The translations under genes were made by a program, and so were the position numbers. A DNA stretch of 64,000 bases, taken from positions 95,837-159,836 of IMG/VR virus record IMGVR_UViG_3300040801_002079; one strand, given 5' to 3'. This stretch comes from a virus. Every line of letters begins with the position of its first letter. Position 1 is the first letter of the stretch. The notes under the pieces were generated by a model. The model was not told the DNA's origin. It did not search any database and was given only the letters and a program-made list of their open reading frames with translations. This document shows, in pieces, positions 62,221-64,000 of the stretch.

Positions 62221-62715
62221 ATGAACGCAAAATTAAAAACTTTAACACCTGTTACACCCAAAGTTAGTGCATTACAATCACTTTTCCCAGATATGAACAA
62301 ATCCGGTAGGAATTTGTGGATGTTTGATGATTTCTTGGAAGGGCTGTTTGATGACTTTAATTCGTATCAAACCGAAATTACATTTCCAAAATATAATGTG
62401 AAATTCCATAAGGATACAGGAGATGGAATTATTGAAATTGCATTGGCTGGCTACGACAAGAGTGATATCAACGTTGAATTAACTCCGGAAAATAAACTTC
62501 GGGTTTCGAACGTTAAAACGGAAAACAACGTTGATCGGGAAGATGATTGGGTCTACACGAAAAATGGAATCGCCTCTAGGGATTTCAGTATTTCATGGAA
62601 GCTAAGTCCCTATCAAGAGGTTGGTGATGTGGAATTCGTCAATGGTATTTTGACCATTAAGATTAATAACACTGAGCCGCCTAAGCCGGAAACGAAGTAC
62701 CTTAAAATTAAGTAA
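62221..62715 (+). CDS. Hsp20/alpha-crystallin family small heat-shock protein
   Basis: ACD domain features (IEIALAGY ... LTIKI); AGGAGG RBS. Confidence 0.6.
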   Translation: MNAKLKTLTPVTPKVSALQSLFPDMNKSGRNLWMFDDFLEGLFDDFNSYQTEITFPKYNVKFHKDTGDGIIEIALAGYDKSDINVELTPENKLRVSNVKTENNVDREDDWVYTKNGIASRDFSISWKLSPYQEVGDVEFVNGILTIKINNTEPPKPETKYLKIK

Positions 62716-62738
62716 GCTTATTTACTAAGCACTTAAGT

Positions 62739-62768
62739 AAAGAGGGGACTTCGGTCCCCTCTTTCATT
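62739..62768 (+). terminator. rho-independent terminator
   Basis: AGAGGGGAC-TTCG-GTCCCCTCT then TTC. Confidence 0.65.
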
Positions 62769-62796
62769 TGCAATGTTATAAATTTGCTGGTATAAT
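62768..62796 (+). promoter_or_regulatory. sigma70-type promoter (TTGCAA-N17-TATAAT with TG extension)
   Basis: Read directly; gene 62824 follows 28 nt downstream. Confidence 0.45.
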
Positions 62797-62823
62797 AAAT
62801 AATTCATAACAACAGGTAAAAAA

Positions 62824-63318
62824 ATGAAGATTAGAGAATTAAAAGAGAGCGCAGACTATCCGGAAATTATAGTTATGATAGGGCTTCCCGGTGTAGGGAA
62901 GAGTACCGTAATAAAGCGGGATTACCCAAACCATACAATCGTATCTTCGGATGATATTATTGAGAAATATGCTGCCGAAGAAGGAAAGACCTACGATCAG
63001 GTTTTTCAGAAATATATTGGGCAAGCTTCAGGCGAAATGAAATCAGTATTTCGCAGAGCAGTCCAGAATAATGAGAACATTGTCTGGGATCAGACAAATC
63101 TTTCCAAGAAGAAAAGGAGAGGTATACTGAGTCAGGTTCCTCGGCATTATAGAAAAGTTGCCGTGGTATTTGATGTCTCTGATAAAGTTCGTTATGAGCG
63201 AATGGCGCAGAGAGAAGGTAAGAGTATTCCTGCTCATGTAATACAGAGTATGGAAAAAGCGTATCAGGCCCCAACCAAAGATGAGGGGTTTGATGAAATT
63301 AGAGTAATAAAGGAGTAA
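62824..63318 (+). CDS. P-loop kinase of the polynucleotide-kinase/AAA_33 type
   Basis: IVMIGLPGVGKST Walker A; overall PNK-kinase-domain-like layout. Confidence 0.5.
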   Translation: MKIRELKESADYPEIIVMIGLPGVGKSTVIKRDYPNHTIVSSDDIIEKYAAEEGKTYDQVFQKYIGQASGEMKSVFRRAVQNNENIVWDQTNLSKKKRRGILSQVPRHYRKVAVVFDVSDKVRYERMAQREGKSIPAHVIQSMEKAYQAPTKDEGFDEIRVIKE

Positions 63319-63324
63319 ATAAAA

Positions 63325-63933
63325 ATGGAAAACATGGTAAAGACTTCATTCACCGGACTGAATCGACTTCCTCAGATTCTAGCATTGAATAAGAGTGGTG
63401 AAGCAATGAGATGGATAGACTACGAAAAGTGTGCATATTACTATGCAAAAGATCGCGTACTGTGGAGTTTAGGACAGTATGAGGTTATTTTGCGCGGTGG
63501 TAGGAATGCGCTCACAGGTCAGCCGTCGATACTTACCATGGATTCCATTGTAGCTATTGACAGTGATCGTAGTCCAACAAAGTCTCGCAATTACACCTCT
63601 CCAGCATTGGAGAACAGACTTCTTTTCCGTAGAGATAAGAACATCTGTGCGTATTGTGGACACCGCTATGGTAGCAACCAGTTAACTCGTGATCACGTTA
63701 CTCCACGTTCTCGTGGTGGTAAGAACACTTGGGATAACGTTGTTACCGCTTGTAAGGGATGCAACCAGTGGAAAGCAGACAGTATGCTTAATGAACTTGA
63801 TTTAAAGTTGATTTATGTTCCATACACCCCTACATACAATGAGCACTTGATTCTCAAGAATCGCAAGATACTTGCAGACCAAATGGAATTTCTTATGAAA
63901 GGTGTTGGTAAGAACAGCAGACTGTTGTCTTAA
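63325..63933 (+). CDS. HNH homing endonuclease
   Basis: CAYCGHRY...RDHVTPRSRGGKNTWDNVVTACKGCNQWK. Confidence 0.7.
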   Translation: MENMVKTSFTGLNRLPQILALNKSGEAMRWIDYEKCAYYYAKDRVLWSLGQYEVILRGGRNALTGQPSILTMDSIVAIDSDRSPTKSRNYTSPALENRLLFRRDKNICAYCGHRYGSNQLTRDHVTPRSRGGKNTWDNVVTACKGCNQWKADSMLNELDLKLIYVPYTPTYNEHLILKNRKILADQMEFLMKGVGKNSRLLS

Positions 63934-63965
63934 CCCTTTACAAGACTACATTTTGTGGTATAATA

Positions 63966-63997
63966 CAAAGGAAGCCTAGAGCTTCCTTTGTTTTTTT
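63966..63997 (+). terminator. rho-independent terminator
   Basis: AAAGGAAGC-CTAGA-GCTTCCTTT then GTTTTTTT. Confidence 0.65.
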
Positions 63998-64000
63998 GGA

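Noticed and set aside
63955-63966. TGGTATAAT extended -10-like sequence
   Set aside because: It is immediately followed, with no space for a transcript, by the terminator hairpin of the HNH gene, so it is more likely incidental AT-rich sequence.

Overview
This 64 kb window is a dense segment of a large, AT-rich (~62%) virulent phage genome. About 130 mostly small, tightly packed or overlapping genes are called. The gene content resembles a T4-like myovirus. It includes nadV/natV NAD+ salvage, a glutaredoxin, dCMP deaminase, RNA ligase, a PNK-like kinase, Hsp20, a 5'-nucleotidase, three freestanding homing endonucleases (two GIY-YIG, one HNH), one tRNA, and a minus-strand tail-fibre/structural module at about 35.6-40.2 kb and 47.2-59.3 kb. 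Transcription signals are readable: many near-consensus sigma70 promoters (TTGACA-N17-TATAAT), several T4-late-type TATAAATA boxes directly upstream of start codons, and clear rho-independent terminators. The most notable observations are as follows. (1) A tRNA whose anticodon loop reads CUA (amber-suppressor type), although TAG is used as a stop. (2) An RNA-repair-like gene set (Thg1-like 3'-5' nucleotidyltransferase, RNA ligase, PNK-like kinase). (3) A nadV-natV NAD+ salvage module plus an NRK-like kinase and a macro-domain/DUF4326 pair, likely countering NAD-depleting or ADP-ribosylating host defences. (4) An ArdC-like anti-restriction protein with a DEDD exonuclease. (5) A GIY-YIG homing endonuclease inserted into a cytidylyltransferase gene, with a recoded duplicated N-terminus. 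(6) A GIY-YIG nuclease carrying 13 tandem DPEYR repeats. (7) Thr-Pro-Val linker repeats shared by four structural proteins, one as a perfect 3x30-bp tandem repeat. (8) Tail fibres with DUF285/BspA-like repeats and STPWDI repeats. (9) A recurring promoter geometry, -10 box, 6 nt, then ATG, that predicts leaderless mRNAs. (10) Duplicated late-promoter/RBS cassettes and two unusual long-stem, large-loop hairpins. (11) Non-coding regions with tandem promoters and iteron-like repeats. My own coordinates for promoters, terminators and small ORFs may be off by 1-2 nt.
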